Under the pieces are notes generated by a model, which did not search any database, had not been told where the DNA came from, and saw only the letters and a program-made list of their open reading frames with translations. The position numbers were made by a program, and so were the translations under genes. This document shows, piece by piece, positions 10,601 through 20,020 of a stretch of DNA of 64,000 bases. Origin of the DNA: a virus. Position 1 is the first letter of the stretch. The number at the start of each line of letters is the position of its first letter. The DNA is taken from positions 41,846 through 105,845 of the IMG/VR virus record IMGVR_UViG_3300037851_000452; one strand, 5' to 3'.

Positions 10601-10792
10601 CGTAGTGTCCCCTAAGTAAAATAAGGACACGTACGTTCTAGCCAGGAGGTTCAGGGCTGTGTCTGTAGGAACTATCTGAATGCTGGCTACCGCTGGTTGG
10701 TCTGGGCTTGAGTCTACCTGAGCTGATATGACAGGCACTTCTATGCCTTCAAGAAATAGACGAAGCCCTAGTGGTGCGTTTTTAGTGGTCAT
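7613..10792 (-). CDS. Large baseplate hub / tail protein
   Basis: 1059 aa downstream of tape measure; N-terminal LRLFLEGIEVPV, and FNPHLVLGLP...ISHSI hub-like segment. Confidence 0.6.
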   Translation of the reverse strand: MTTKNAPLGLRLFLEGIEVPVISAQVDSSPDQPAVASIQIVPTDTALNLLARTYVSLFYLGDTTLSMGGPISEVTSEDNSNRFDAADEKYRLLFCGEVIGINYGKDPGTRQLVLQCMDLSSYWDTAYQWFTDYSPDGNMFSDKRKNFVAAGEGTFDSVSGGHQWVIGEVITTKPRSADYRNTKGLLGGIIHVLEAISGIRYLDGANPGFNGVNDFFTIAELRYNLMGMLGAVEKDDTSAKLYASRAFISWLRNGMMSMGTMLSFRDIINHICQMIFHNIYPNTCPYYVESKGPGIKETWSPGFFDDQIGVAVKNSCKAVVEQLTASYNSFVNTNSRDELAVATMKLSESSSALVKIQENTSKSKSSDKNKVMRTLKEATLFVDDAYALASQEGFAQSVGQSQVVKETQESVVVSIQTNISSAVTLLKDGVIGFKSRASLNKKITSPSSPSRMYTQLLLPESFWVSPPRCNVIFPDQYFQLSYSRNLMREVSRLCLTAGPGWIVGSGRGSEHFNTSYYSPSIKDVKGNLFGASMAKGSKTLLPHELHSGIIPKFEWVTDGHRWAAKALKDGGSESGTGRVGYLQRLANFNFYLHRWAARSMNVSCVFNPHLVLGLPALVINTSMPAAAVVTSVEKVLGVRWRPSQFLGKIVSISHSITQGGASTSASLAYCRTQRGIDDEFLGMLLREPKSVKDGYISYKVDVQRLTNRSVSTVSDVRIVTVPGITKPVSTENELDLTLDYLSGALTTGGIVKGIPPFNGFKLVGSSEAEEKTKLSHSEIYSNGISETTWNALVVAGLVQNDVAMLPTSIEFKFQSPVKYGERVTYDTSIEDALMPGWYSDVWKNKNITAEVYKPLLGTSAITDAIMFPESDQAKALSEEVISGLESEKGKKLASTRVASKDSVGVVPGSVEEAVDSITFMYSIVKNKGQNMHEFIREYTERPVATLVQVLGSADLEFDDKGLPNKGAKEGFHSRAFGDYNADVRLPNREGLELQAGKDALKALFPGLTPSEVASLKRKAILNPGKDGFSISPEMDPRGKARKRVRAYVAELSISRGLSG

Positions 10793-13122
10793 AGTATGGG
10801 TGAAATCTCCGAATCGTCATCTTCGACGCCTATGATTCCTTGAGTGTCTTCTGGTTCTGGTGCAGGTGTCGAATACAACGCACGTAAGACCGCTGCAATA
10901 CTTTCTGGAGTACGTTTGTAGACAGACTTAGACCCAACCCGGTATGTAGATTCTATGGCGGACTTCATGTCCTCCCCATATACCCGTGGGTCTGGAGAGG
11001 TCTTCGCGTAAGTAGAGGTTCTTCCCGTCTCGGTTTTGTAGGCGGAAGTTAAGGCCTCCCCCTCTACAGCGGTGCGGATCTGACCCTCTTTAATCTGATA
11101 CTCAGAAGTAGCGCCCACTCTATAGGTGTCTCCTAGAGCGGTCTTTATGTCGGTCCCGTAAGCCTTTAACTCCTCATCAAGATCTCCGTAAGCAGACTTA
11201 AGAAGACTCTCTAAATCTTTAGGGGGGTCCTCGTATACTTTCTTACCATATACCTCTTCATACGAAGCTTCTTCGTATGAAGCTCCTAAATACTGAGGCC
11301 TATTGTATATGAATCCGACGTCAACCTCGGTACCAGCTTCCAGAGCCTGCTGATAAGTCACGTCACTCTTGGCACCAATCCAGTCTGTGTCTGGAGACAC
11401 TGACTGGCTGGTCACACCTAGCTTGTTTAACTTGTCAGCTCTTCCAAGCATCGAGTACTTAGAAGTCACCCCCGTGTCTTGCAAAGATTCTGCTGGAACT
11501 GGAAGATCTGAAGACTTAGGCACCAATACCAGCGGAGAGTCAGATACCTTAATCCCGTTTACAACAGACCCGGTACCGGGTTGAAAAGACCCACCCAACC
11601 ATCCAACAGGAACCGGCTCTAGTGGAACGGGAGGATTCAACGCGCCGCTAAAAGCGTTCTCAAACGCTTTGATAGGAGAGGTGAACAAGTTATCCAATCG
11701 TAGGGACTGTATGCCCAAGGCCTGCTTAAGTGCCTTCTCTATAGAGCCAGTACGGACTACGTCGGATATGGTGTCTGCTATAGCGGCAACCGTCATCACC
11801 ATCCCAAACGCGGACTTAGCAAATACCACAGCTTCAGCCAGCGTCCCTAGAATACCTCCGGCCTCCGCAATCTGGTTGTATAAAGCCAGTTGAGCATCGT
11901 ACTCCTTAGCCCTAGCAGCTAGTTCCAAAGCGTGCTCTTCAGCTTTATTCCTACCCAAGTTGTTTCTCTTAAACCTCTTGTCTAAGCTCACTCGTTCTCT
12001 GGTGGGGTATTCGTCGTAGTTCTCGAAGATGTACCCCACTGGAGACCCCTTATCCACGTTGGAGGTCCACGGAGTAGCGTACTTAGAATACGACGGCATT
12101 CTCAACTTTACCGAACCGGTAACCCCTTTGTACTGGCCCGTTGCAGAGTCAAACTTTTCCCCTAAAGCGTCTGAAGATAAAACCGCGGAGCTAATACTTC
12201 CAGCCCCAACAACCGCATTTCCAGCGTTCTGGTAGTATCCTGCCGCCCCAATAGGCACCCTAACTACTCTTCCCCCAATAACATTGTGTATTGCGTCAGT
12301 AACGCCATCCACCAGGCTTACCACGTCGTTAACCGCCTTAAGACCGGAACGTATGGCAGCAGCAATTCCGCCAGCGGGTTTAGCTGTCAAGTTCTTCAAA
12401 CGTACTTTAGATGAGCTGGATACGAACTTGGACCGCTGGTCCTCTAGCTCCCTATTAAGAACGTCTAGGTCGATGAATGAGTCTTTGCCTGGGAACCTCG
12501 TAGAGCCGATGCTTGACCAATCGTAGTATCCCGTAACGAACATCTGTAAGCTAAAAGGTATAGTGTACGGCTCGTCGGCGGAATCCACCGCAGAGGCCGC
12601 TAAAGGATACCCCTCGATGATAATCGTATCGTAACTGATATACGCTCTAGCGTTCTTCTGAACTAGCTGAGTTCCTCTAAACGATTCGTCGTAGTTCTTC
12701 CAGAATTGAGAACGCCAGTTAAAGTCTTCGGTGCTGACCAATAGACCAGAGAACGTCACTATTCTGGGTCGCTCTCCAAAAAAGTAAACGAAGGGGTCTC
12801 CAAACGTTTCAATAATCTGTTGCTTCTCTGCTCTCTGGTCATCTACTCTTTGAAGTATGTAGTCTGCGTATTCATAAACGAGGCCCCCCTTTCCGCTGTT
12901 AGTAGGAGACGTGTCCGAGCTGGATATTAGAGGTATAGCGCTCCCATCAGGATTGCGAACAGAAAGAGTAGAGTATGTGTCTTCCTTGATTTGAATACCT
13001 CTATATGGTCTTCGTATAGGCTTAGTGCCTCCCCAGGCATCGTCCGGTTCTAGGGTAATGTTAGGGTTGTTCCCTTTAGCTTTCTGTATAGAAAAAGAGT
13101 CCGTGCTTAAAAACATGAACAT
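10789..13122 (-). CDS. Baseplate / tail-tube initiator-like structural protein
   Basis: 777 aa; QIIETFGDPFVYFFGERPRIVTFSGLL segment; position between tape measure and hub. Confidence 0.55.
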   Translation of the reverse strand: MFMFLSTDSFSIQKAKGNNPNITLEPDDAWGGTKPIRRPYRGIQIKEDTYSTLSVRNPDGSAIPLISSSDTSPTNSGKGGLVYEYADYILQRVDDQRAEKQQIIETFGDPFVYFFGERPRIVTFSGLLVSTEDFNWRSQFWKNYDESFRGTQLVQKNARAYISYDTIIIEGYPLAASAVDSADEPYTIPFSLQMFVTGYYDWSSIGSTRFPGKDSFIDLDVLNRELEDQRSKFVSSSSKVRLKNLTAKPAGGIAAAIRSGLKAVNDVVSLVDGVTDAIHNVIGGRVVRVPIGAAGYYQNAGNAVVGAGSISSAVLSSDALGEKFDSATGQYKGVTGSVKLRMPSYSKYATPWTSNVDKGSPVGYIFENYDEYPTRERVSLDKRFKRNNLGRNKAEEHALELAARAKEYDAQLALYNQIAEAGGILGTLAEAVVFAKSAFGMVMTVAAIADTISDVVRTGSIEKALKQALGIQSLRLDNLFTSPIKAFENAFSGALNPPVPLEPVPVGWLGGSFQPGTGSVVNGIKVSDSPLVLVPKSSDLPVPAESLQDTGVTSKYSMLGRADKLNKLGVTSQSVSPDTDWIGAKSDVTYQQALEAGTEVDVGFIYNRPQYLGASYEEASYEEVYGKKVYEDPPKDLESLLKSAYGDLDEELKAYGTDIKTALGDTYRVGATSEYQIKEGQIRTAVEGEALTSAYKTETGRTSTYAKTSPDPRVYGEDMKSAIESTYRVGSKSVYKRTPESIAAVLRALYSTPAPEPEDTQGIIGVEDDDSEISPIL

Positions 13123-13125
13123 GGG

Positions 13126-13353
13126 CTACCTCGCCGTGAAGCGCTCTTTGAGTAGAAACGCCCTAAAGTTGTCATTCACATCAAAAGGCACTTCTAGCCG
13201 AGTAACTAACGAGTAGATCTCCCTCTCCACCAAGTTGGTAAAGATGTCATCTACAGTCAATCGGTCTACCATCTTCACAGAAGACCTACCACGCTCAGTA
13301 GTGGTAAGAGAGAACTGGTACTCTTGACGGGGTCTTGGCTCTAGTCCAGGCAT
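13126..13353 (-). CDS. Hypothetical protein
   Basis: 75 aa with AGGAG RBS. Confidence 0.55.
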   Translation of the reverse strand: MPGLEPRPRQEYQFSLTTTERGRSSVKMVDRLTVDDIFTNLVEREIYSLVTRLEVPFDVNDNFRAFLLKERFTAR

Positions 13354-13364
13354 TCTAGAACTCC

Positions 13365-16300
13365 TTAAGCCTTTGCTGGGGCAGGGGCATTAGCGGTCAT
13401 CTGAGTCCCTTGAGACGCTATCTCCTTAGCAAACTCTTTAACATCCTTATTCAAAGCCTTACCCACCGCTTCCACGAATCGTGTATTGGCTAGGGTGTAC
13501 ATACGAAGCTGCTCTTCCAAACGATTGGTAGTGCCCTGCGGCTCAGAGAGATTGCCTTTAGTAATTTTAGATACTAGGTCTTTAAACTTTCCTAAGTCTC
13601 CAGATTCCTTTACCTTCTTATAGTCGTCTCCTCCCATAGCCTCTAAATCGTAACCAAGACCCTTCATCTTCTTTTCAAACGAGGCTAGCTCCTTTCGAGA
13701 CATGGAGCCAACGTCCATTCCGGCTCTCAAGGCTAGTACCTGCCTACCTATAGCTCCTCCAGACCGAAGAGCTTTCATTTCATCTTTGCTTAAGCCTCTA
13801 GCCAGATTCTCAGCCTCAGCGCCAGCCTGCGTGGTTTCTGACGTTTCCAGAACCTCGTCGGCTCCTCCGCGATAGAGTCTAACCAGGTTAGAAAAAGCCC
13901 TTCCAGATTCTTTTCCTAAACCCTCAACCTGATCGGGACCGGAAGCAGCAATCCCCTGAACCTTTTTGAGTTCTTCCATCTGTACTTGAGCCCCACGAGC
14001 CCCTATGTATCTCTCAGAAAGACCCTTAAACTTTTCTCGCCGCTCTGGGGTCATGTTGTGTTCTAGTTGGTTGATTATTTTGCTTACGTCTCCGCCACCT
14101 TTAATACGAGCCAGGTCGGTATTGGCCTCTGCTGCAGTAAGATCCCCCTTTAGGTACTTAGCAAAAATATCTGATCCCGGCCCTCCAAATGCTTTCTCTA
14201 AGTCCCCCTCTGTAACTCCGCTGTCTCTGGTATCGGTCTGGGCTCCACGCGAGAAAGACCCCGCTACAGGTGATCCGCCGCCACCAATTCCAGAAAGAAT
14301 GGAGGTCAACAAGCTTTTACCACCCAACTCAGACCGCATTTCCGATAAAAGATTCTCTTGGTTTTCTTTCAACCCTTGTATGTCTGTAGGTATACCAATG
14401 GCGGCGGCGTCGCTTTTGAAATCCATGGATGCATCCCCCGCGTAGAATCCCTCCTCAGTCTGGGCCACAGACAAATAATTGAGCTTCTCCCTGTCGCTCA
14501 TCCCAGAAAAGACATCCCGGTCCTCAGAACTCATAAGTCTAAGGACTTCTTCCTTATACTTTCCAGGGTCGGCCTTTCTTACTTTGCTAAGGCTATAGGA
14601 GTGTCTACCTATGGTTCGGCTAAGAACTGATTTAACCCTGGACAGCCTGTTCTCATTTATACCCAACCCCTCTTTTCCGCCTTGAGCTCGGATATACGCT
14701 TGGCGAATACCCAGCTCTACGTCTGCTTGCGACGTTGTAAAACCCCCTCCCATCTGTAAAGGACCCCCTCCCTCCATAGATCCTATTCCTACGGTTCTCA
14801 AAGCTCTAGCCTTAGGGGTCATCTCTTCGCCTATACCCGTAATAGAACCAACGGCTCCAAAAAGCCCGCCAGTAATACCTCCCGCAGCTACTCCAGCAGC
14901 AGTTTTTCCAATCCAGTCACCGCTTGATAATCTACGGGTCATATTCTCCCACGCTGAGCCAGTGACAAAGTTCTGCCCCCCGTCAGCAGGCATGAACTTG
15001 GAAAAATCAGCAGTAAGGGCACCCTCCCTTAGTAGTCTAGACCTCTCCATGACGCCCATAGGTATTTTTCGCACACGCCCAGTTATCGTATTGGAAATTC
15101 TATCTACTAGGTCTCCGGTTTCTGTAGCTATCTTTTCACCGATCTCGTTAATAGGACGAACAGTGTCCTCTATCGCCCTATCGAAGGCACCCTTCAAACC
15201 GGACAAGCTGTTGTAAGTTTTCGTATTGTGTTCATCAAAAGCTCTAGACATCGCCGCTTCCATTTGACGAGCCTTCTCATCCATGATTCTAGGAAGGTCA
15301 TCAGCCATCTTCCCCAACATCTCGGCCTCTCGTGAAGACACACCGAGCATTTGCTTGAAAAGATGATGTCTAGCCCTCTCGCTTCCCCGAAAACGAGTGT
15401 CGGCTATCTTTTGGACTATGGCGACCATAGATTCTATGCCGCCCTCGGCGGCCAGATTTTGACCTATCTGCCCCTCTTTCTCCATAAAAGACATTGCAGC
15501 TTCGTTACCTGACGCAGATTTCCTCCCCTGTCTCATCAATTCGTCAACCCCAACACCCCCACTCAAGAATTGACCAAGCTTTTTCTTATCTATTCCCCCA
15601 GTAAAAACTCCCTCCCTGGTCTCCCCCAAACCAACCATCATAGCTCGGCCCGCAGAGGTGTTCATCAGGTTGGATGTTATTTGGCCCATTCTTTGAGCTA
15701 AAGCGGCCTGGCCCTCTTCCCCAGTCAAACCCCCCGTAAACTCTTCAACGTCCTCGGCAGAAAGAACACCAGCTCTTTGAGCAGCCTGAATGTTCAAGAA
15801 GGACTCTCGCCCTATAGTAGCTCCGGCTCTCCGTGTTCCACCCATGGCGTGGGATAATTGAGCCCCGACTGCCATGGTCTGCATCATCTGAGGCGCAGCC
15901 TGAGGACCAACAGCTTTAGACGCTATAGCTGTTCCTAAAATGTCAGAGGTCTTCCAGAGGCCCATCTGCCTCATCTGCATATAGGCTGGAGCTGCCTCTT
16001 CAAGTGTAGTCCCCATAACTTTTGCCAGGTCTCTAACCTGACTAACTACCTGACCGAATCGTTGCTTGAAGGACTGTACGTCAGTGATACCAGTGAGAAG
16101 ACCCATCTGGCCGGCACGGTCCATTAGGTTTTTTAGCTCCTTCATAGACCCCATGATGTCGTCGCCAGCCATTTCCCCCAAGGCACCTACGATACCTTTT
16201 ATGGTCTGGCGGCCCATCTCCCCACCAGCCCTAGCTCCCGGAGCTCCGAACTGCGGTCCGAAATACTGGTTCGCCATGCTTCCGACGTCAGAGATGTTCT

Positions 16301-16823
16301 GAACTCCCTGATACACGCTCCCAGCTACTTGCTGAACTGCAAGTCCAGCAGCCATAATAGGAGCAGCGCCAATTGCGGCACCGGCTAAACCACCACCTAA
16401 GGCCCCTAAACCAGCTCTAACCCCCCCAGTTCTAAAGGCGTTGCCCAAGACACCTAAAGTGTCCCCAAACCCCATCCCAGCCGCTCCAGCTCCCCTAGCA
16501 AAGCCCCGAGCTCCCTGGGTGAACGGGTCGAATATGTCTAGTGGGCTTCTCCCCGTACTGGAGAACATTCCGTGAATGCCCCCAGCCACGGCAAGTCCCG
16601 TCATAGCCCCAGGAACAGCCATGACCATGCCGCCCGCTATGCGGTTGCCCAGTTCTCCTGGCCTCTCAGAAGGGTAGGGGTTCTGCATCCCCCCTCCAGC
16701 GGCAAGAGCTCCTCTAGGGGCCATACCCGCCATGCCGCCAATCTGGTACGAGAAGGCGGCTTGATTACCAAACATGGCCGACTGCCCGCCGATGAGACCC
16801 GATATTTCAGAACTGGTGTACAT
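13365..16823 (-). CDS. Tail tape measure protein
   Basis: 1152 aa, Gly/Ala/Met-rich helical with hydrophobic GGxxG stretches, upstream of baseplate-like genes. Confidence 0.75.
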   Translation of the reverse strand: MYTSSEISGLIGGQSAMFGNQAAFSYQIGGMAGMAPRGALAAGGGMQNPYPSERPGELGNRIAGGMVMAVPGAMTGLAVAGGIHGMFSSTGRSPLDIFDPFTQGARGFARGAGAAGMGFGDTLGVLGNAFRTGGVRAGLGALGGGLAGAAIGAAPIMAAGLAVQQVAGSVYQGVQNISDVGSMANQYFGPQFGAPGARAGGEMGRQTIKGIVGALGEMAGDDIMGSMKELKNLMDRAGQMGLLTGITDVQSFKQRFGQVVSQVRDLAKVMGTTLEEAAPAYMQMRQMGLWKTSDILGTAIASKAVGPQAAPQMMQTMAVGAQLSHAMGGTRRAGATIGRESFLNIQAAQRAGVLSAEDVEEFTGGLTGEEGQAALAQRMGQITSNLMNTSAGRAMMVGLGETREGVFTGGIDKKKLGQFLSGGVGVDELMRQGRKSASGNEAAMSFMEKEGQIGQNLAAEGGIESMVAIVQKIADTRFRGSERARHHLFKQMLGVSSREAEMLGKMADDLPRIMDEKARQMEAAMSRAFDEHNTKTYNSLSGLKGAFDRAIEDTVRPINEIGEKIATETGDLVDRISNTITGRVRKIPMGVMERSRLLREGALTADFSKFMPADGGQNFVTGSAWENMTRRLSSGDWIGKTAAGVAAGGITGGLFGAVGSITGIGEEMTPKARALRTVGIGSMEGGGPLQMGGGFTTSQADVELGIRQAYIRAQGGKEGLGINENRLSRVKSVLSRTIGRHSYSLSKVRKADPGKYKEEVLRLMSSEDRDVFSGMSDREKLNYLSVAQTEEGFYAGDASMDFKSDAAAIGIPTDIQGLKENQENLLSEMRSELGGKSLLTSILSGIGGGGSPVAGSFSRGAQTDTRDSGVTEGDLEKAFGGPGSDIFAKYLKGDLTAAEANTDLARIKGGGDVSKIINQLEHNMTPERREKFKGLSERYIGARGAQVQMEELKKVQGIAASGPDQVEGLGKESGRAFSNLVRLYRGGADEVLETSETTQAGAEAENLARGLSKDEMKALRSGGAIGRQVLALRAGMDVGSMSRKELASFEKKMKGLGYDLEAMGGDDYKKVKESGDLGKFKDLVSKITKGNLSEPQGTTNRLEEQLRMYTLANTRFVEAVGKALNKDVKEFAKEIASQGTQMTANAPAPAKA

Positions 16824-16862
16824 GTGCTCTCTTTTCCTTGCTCTCTAGGAAAATAGCAGAGT

Positions 16863-16891
16863 GAAAAGATGACGTATAGCTTTGGGATAAG
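16863..16891 (+). promoter_or_regulatory. Phage promoter motif GAAAA-N16-GGGATAAG
   Basis: One of 12 copies with fixed 16-nt spacing. Confidence 0.6.
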
Positions 16892-16897
16892 TTTAAT

Positions 16898-16993
16898 GTC
16901 GGAGGGCTCGACGTTGGAAAAGTCCGACCATCTGGTCGAGATAAGACCGTTGAGCCGAAGGAGCTTCCGCAGGGCGCCCGGTTCCGCTCCGAC
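16898..16993 (+). ncRNA. Putative structured small RNA
   Basis: Starts 7 nt after the promoter -10 box; GTCGGAG/CTCCGAC closing stem and GGCTCGACG/CGTTGAGCC inner stem; no ORF. Confidence 0.45.
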
Positions 16994-16999
16994 GATATC

Positions 17000-17248
17000 T
17001 TAGGTGTTTTTATTAGAGCAGAATGCGTCCAAATGGCCTTTGGACTTTTGGTACAGGTAGCCCTCGATGGCGAGCCTCTCTTCCTTAGACAAAGGGCACT
17101 TCCGAAACTGAGGGTCCACGGAACTGACGTAGTCCGAAAACCTGGAGACTTCTTGCTTGCACAAGTCTCTCAGCCGATCGGTAGATTGAAGTACCTGTTG
17201 CTTTGTTTCTTCGGGCACGTTTAATAGCAAAGAAAAAGTAGGTTCCAT
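17000..17248 (-). CDS. Hypothetical protein
   Basis: 82 aa ORF. Confidence 0.5.
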   Translation of the reverse strand: MEPTFSLLLNVPEETKQQVLQSTDRLRDLCKQEVSRFSDYVSSVDPQFRKCPLSKEERLAIEGYLYQKSKGHLDAFCSNKNT

Positions 17249-17299
17249 CCGACTGTTTTAGCTTACGACCAAAATAGCAGTCAACTACAGGAGTTCAAC

Positions 17300-18718
17300 A
17301 TGAGAATGTTCCTTCAAGACAAGGGCCGGACGTCTAAGGCACAGGTGTGGGTCGTAGAAAGAAAAGGTAACCGGGTCATTACGGAGTGGGGACAGTTAGA
17401 CGGAGCCCAACAAAAAACAGAGGAGAGCTTCGAGGCAGTTAACGTTGGGAAGTCGAATGAAAAGAGCCCTGAAGAGGTTGCTCAGGAGTCTATGGACCGG
17501 GACATTAAGAAGAAGACCAGAGAGGGGTATCGAGAAGTGAACCCCAAAACACGGGAGTTCCTGACAGAAAAATCAAGCAGCGAGATCGACTTCGGTGAGC
17601 TCCCCCAGAATCTTAGGTTCTTCAAGCCACAGAACTCTATAAACAGCTACATCCATAAGAAGATAGAAGAACGGTCCGCGTGGCTACTTAGAAAAAGAGA
17701 CGGGATGATGCACGTAGTCTCTATTGGAGAAGACGGCGTGCCAAGAATGTTCTCCTCCAACATGTTACCCGCCCATAAGAATGAACCCGAGGTGCCCTGG
17801 CTAACTAGGTACCCGCACCTAGAAGCAGATCTGAAAGGTTTGCACCTACCCGCCAGAACAATACTTCTAGGAGAGATTTGCACCTGCGCGCATTCGGGGC
17901 ATAGGGACTCCGAAGGATACGCCAAAGACGACTTCATATACGTTGGGTCCGTAGTAAAGAGCCTAACTCCCCGAGCCCTAGAGCTTCAGAAAGAGAAAGG
18001 AAACCTGGCGTTCTGTATATGGGACGTAGCTTTTTGGGGAGGTTGCTGCTGGCTAACGGAAGAGCCGGCGTTCAAGCGTATGAACCATGTTACAGACCTC
18101 CTGGAAGAAGGAAGAACTAGGTACATCACATTTCCAGAGGTCATCAATCTATGGGGTGATGGGTTCACAGTAAGATCTCAAGAAACAAAGGTTCCTGGAG
18201 ACTATATCTACGGAGAAGCCCGAGACACGGATGAGAAAATAAAGACCATGTTGAACTGGGCCAAGAAATTGGGATGGGAGGGATTCGTGGCTATTGACCC
18301 GGACATTAGATACGACGATAGGGCCTACAACTTCCACGGGAAAGCAGAGAGGCCAAAAGAGGTGGTGAAGTTGAAGCCCACTCTAGAGGCCGATTTCATT
18401 GTTAGGTGGGACCCTGACAACGGTATTGGAGAGCGAGGCAAGGGAAAGAAGAGCGGAGGAGTTGGCTCTGTAATGGCCTATCTATGGGACCCAGACGTCA
18501 AAGAAGAAGTTCCCGTGTGCAAGGTAGGAGGGGGTCTAACAGACGAGTTAGTTCGAGAGTTCGCCAACCCAGAACTCTACCCGATGGTCTGGCAAATAGA
18601 ATTCAGTGAATGGACGGACAAGGGAGCTCTTCGGTTTCCTGAGTTCGTTCGAGTTAGAGACGACAAGTCTCCAGAAGACTGCACCATCTACCAGAAACCT
18701 AACGCGGAGGAAGAATGA
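17300..18718 (+). CDS. lig: ATP-dependent DNA ligase with N-terminal WGR-like domain
   Basis: Motif I KRDG, GEI, FCIWDV, WEGFV, VKLKP and OB-fold LRFPEFVRVRDDK; N-terminal VITEWGQLDG. Confidence 0.9.
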   Translation: MRMFLQDKGRTSKAQVWVVERKGNRVITEWGQLDGAQQKTEESFEAVNVGKSNEKSPEEVAQESMDRDIKKKTREGYREVNPKTREFLTEKSSSEIDFGELPQNLRFFKPQNSINSYIHKKIEERSAWLLRKRDGMMHVVSIGEDGVPRMFSSNMLPAHKNEPEVPWLTRYPHLEADLKGLHLPARTILLGEICTCAHSGHRDSEGYAKDDFIYVGSVVKSLTPRALELQKEKGNLAFCIWDVAFWGGCCWLTEEPAFKRMNHVTDLLEEGRTRYITFPEVINLWGDGFTVRSQETKVPGDYIYGEARDTDEKIKTMLNWAKKLGWEGFVAIDPDIRYDDRAYNFHGKAERPKEVVKLKPTLEADFIVRWDPDNGIGERGKGKKSGGVGSVMAYLWDPDVKEEVPVCKVGGGLTDELVREFANPELYPMVWQIEFSEWTDKGALRFPEFVRVRDDKSPEDCTIYQKPNAEEE

Positions 18719-18966
18719 GCCCTATCATCGAAAGAAAGTTCATCAGAAAACAACCGAAGCCTGAAGAACCGGCTCAGACAGTAGAGCTGGACGACACTAA
18801 AGTCATCCCCCTCAAAGATCAGAAAGGTAATATACTGTTTAGGGGAACGCTAAAAGAGATTGTGGAGTGGTCTAACGCGACCTTCGCTCAAAGAGAGGCC
18901 GCTAGAGTTTCTGATTCTTGTAGATTCTTTGACACGTCGGGCACTTCTGTCCCTCCGCAGTCGTGA
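18715..18966 (+). CDS. Hypothetical protein
   Basis: ATGA-coupled to the ligase. Confidence 0.5.
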   Translation: MSPIIERKFIRKQPKPEEPAQTVELDDTKVIPLKDQKGNILFRGTLKEIVEWSNATFAQREAARVSDSCRFFDTSGTSVPPQS

Positions 18967-19595
18967 CTGTCAACGACTTGTCCGTCGGGCACCGAATCCT
19001 CTTCATGGCACCCGCAGCCGCACTCGTCCCCCTCCGTATCTGACGGTTCGTCGGAACAGCAATCTTCGGCATAGTCTCCTCCAAACTCATTAGGTTCCTG
19101 GTCGGTCTTGGCAGAAGATGCCTCTCCGACTGGTAGTGGGGGCAGAGATTCAAGATCTCCCCCCATTACCCACGTCCTCATATGCTCCCTAAAATCAGGT
19201 CGCTTCTTGAAGGTTTCCCATTCTGAGAACAGGGAATTGATAGCCTCGTACGAGATAGGGTCTGCATCCGCCCCAGATACCCGAAGGTTGAGCTCATTAA
19301 GAGCCACAACAGACAGTCGAGTAAGAACTGCGAACTGGTCATCGAGCTGTTTGTGTGCCTCTTGCAGAGCTACCTGGTTCTCCCAGATAGTCTGAATGGC
19401 AGACGCCACTGCTCGAAACCTCTCGTCAGTTGGAGGCACTGCTTGGGCCGTTTTTTCCAAGGATTGACTTTCCTTTTGGGGACGAGATTGTCCTTTTGCC
19501 GGCAGGACGGTTAGTTTGATCTGGCGCTTTTCCTTCCTCTTTTGTTCCTTCTGAACTTTCTTTTGCATTTGCCTCGTGCTGCTCGACTTTGTCAT
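18888..19595 (-). CDS. Hypothetical protein (basic N-terminus, coiled coil)
   Basis: 235 aa, GAGGAG RBS. Confidence 0.6.
   Translation of the reverse strand: MTKSSSTRQMQKKVQKEQKRKEKRQIKLTVLPAKGQSRPQKESQSLEKTAQAVPPTDERFRAVASAIQTIWENQVALQEAHKQLDDQFAVLTRLSVVALNELNLRVSGADADPISYEAINSLFSEWETFKKRPDFREHMRTWVMGGDLESLPPLPVGEASSAKTDQEPNEFGGDYAEDCCSDEPSDTEGDECGCGCHEEDSVPDGQVVDSHDCGGTEVPDVSKNLQESETLAASL
18902..19072 (-). CDS. Small zinc-ribbon protein nested in the 18888..19595 ORF
   Basis: GGAGGAG RBS then MPKIAVPT...CPTD...CPTC. Confidence 0.55.
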   Translation of the reverse strand: MPKIAVPTNRQIRRGTSAAAGAMKRIRCPTDKSLTVTTAEGQKCPTCQRIYKNQKL

Positions 19596-19857
19596 GTACT
19601 TTCTCCTCTACGTACAAGTTTTCTAGATGCTCAATTTGCTCATTCAGTGGATGTAGCTCTGTTGTAAGTACTCCAGTGATGAACTCCCTAACAATCTGTT
19701 GAGGAACCATTTTCCCGTCGGACGAGATACCCTTAGAGGCCTTACGAACCTCGTCGTCTACAAAGGCTCTTAGGTGATCTACTACTTCTAGCCATATAGA
19801 CCGGGTATGTCGTAGTTTCTCTACCTTATCAAAGGCTTCCGCAAGAGTTAATGGCAT
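19426..19857 (-). CDS. Hypothetical protein
   Basis: Likely start MPLTLAE after GGAG. Confidence 0.55.
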   Translation of the reverse strand: MPLTLAEAFDKVEKLRHTRSIWLEVVDHLRAFVDDEVRKASKGISSDGKMVPQQIVREFITGVLTTELHPLNEQIEHLENLYVEEKVHDKVEQHEANAKESSEGTKEEGKAPDQTNRPAGKRTISSPKGKSILGKNGPSSASN

Positions 19858-20020
19858 ACGAAAAAATCTCCACGACTTCTGGTACAAGGCTACTGTGCGA
19901 CCCTCGGCAGCAATCCTCGCGAGATTGGCTGTGGACCTGACCCGGGTTGGGTAGAGGACAATCGGCCGTGCCGGCTAGCAATGTCCCCGGTTGGAATGAG
20001 TGATGCAGGCACGTAAAACA

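Noticed and set aside
7890-16856. Many plus-strand ORFs within the tail gene cluster
   Set aside because: Antisense to long minus-strand structural genes, without RBS
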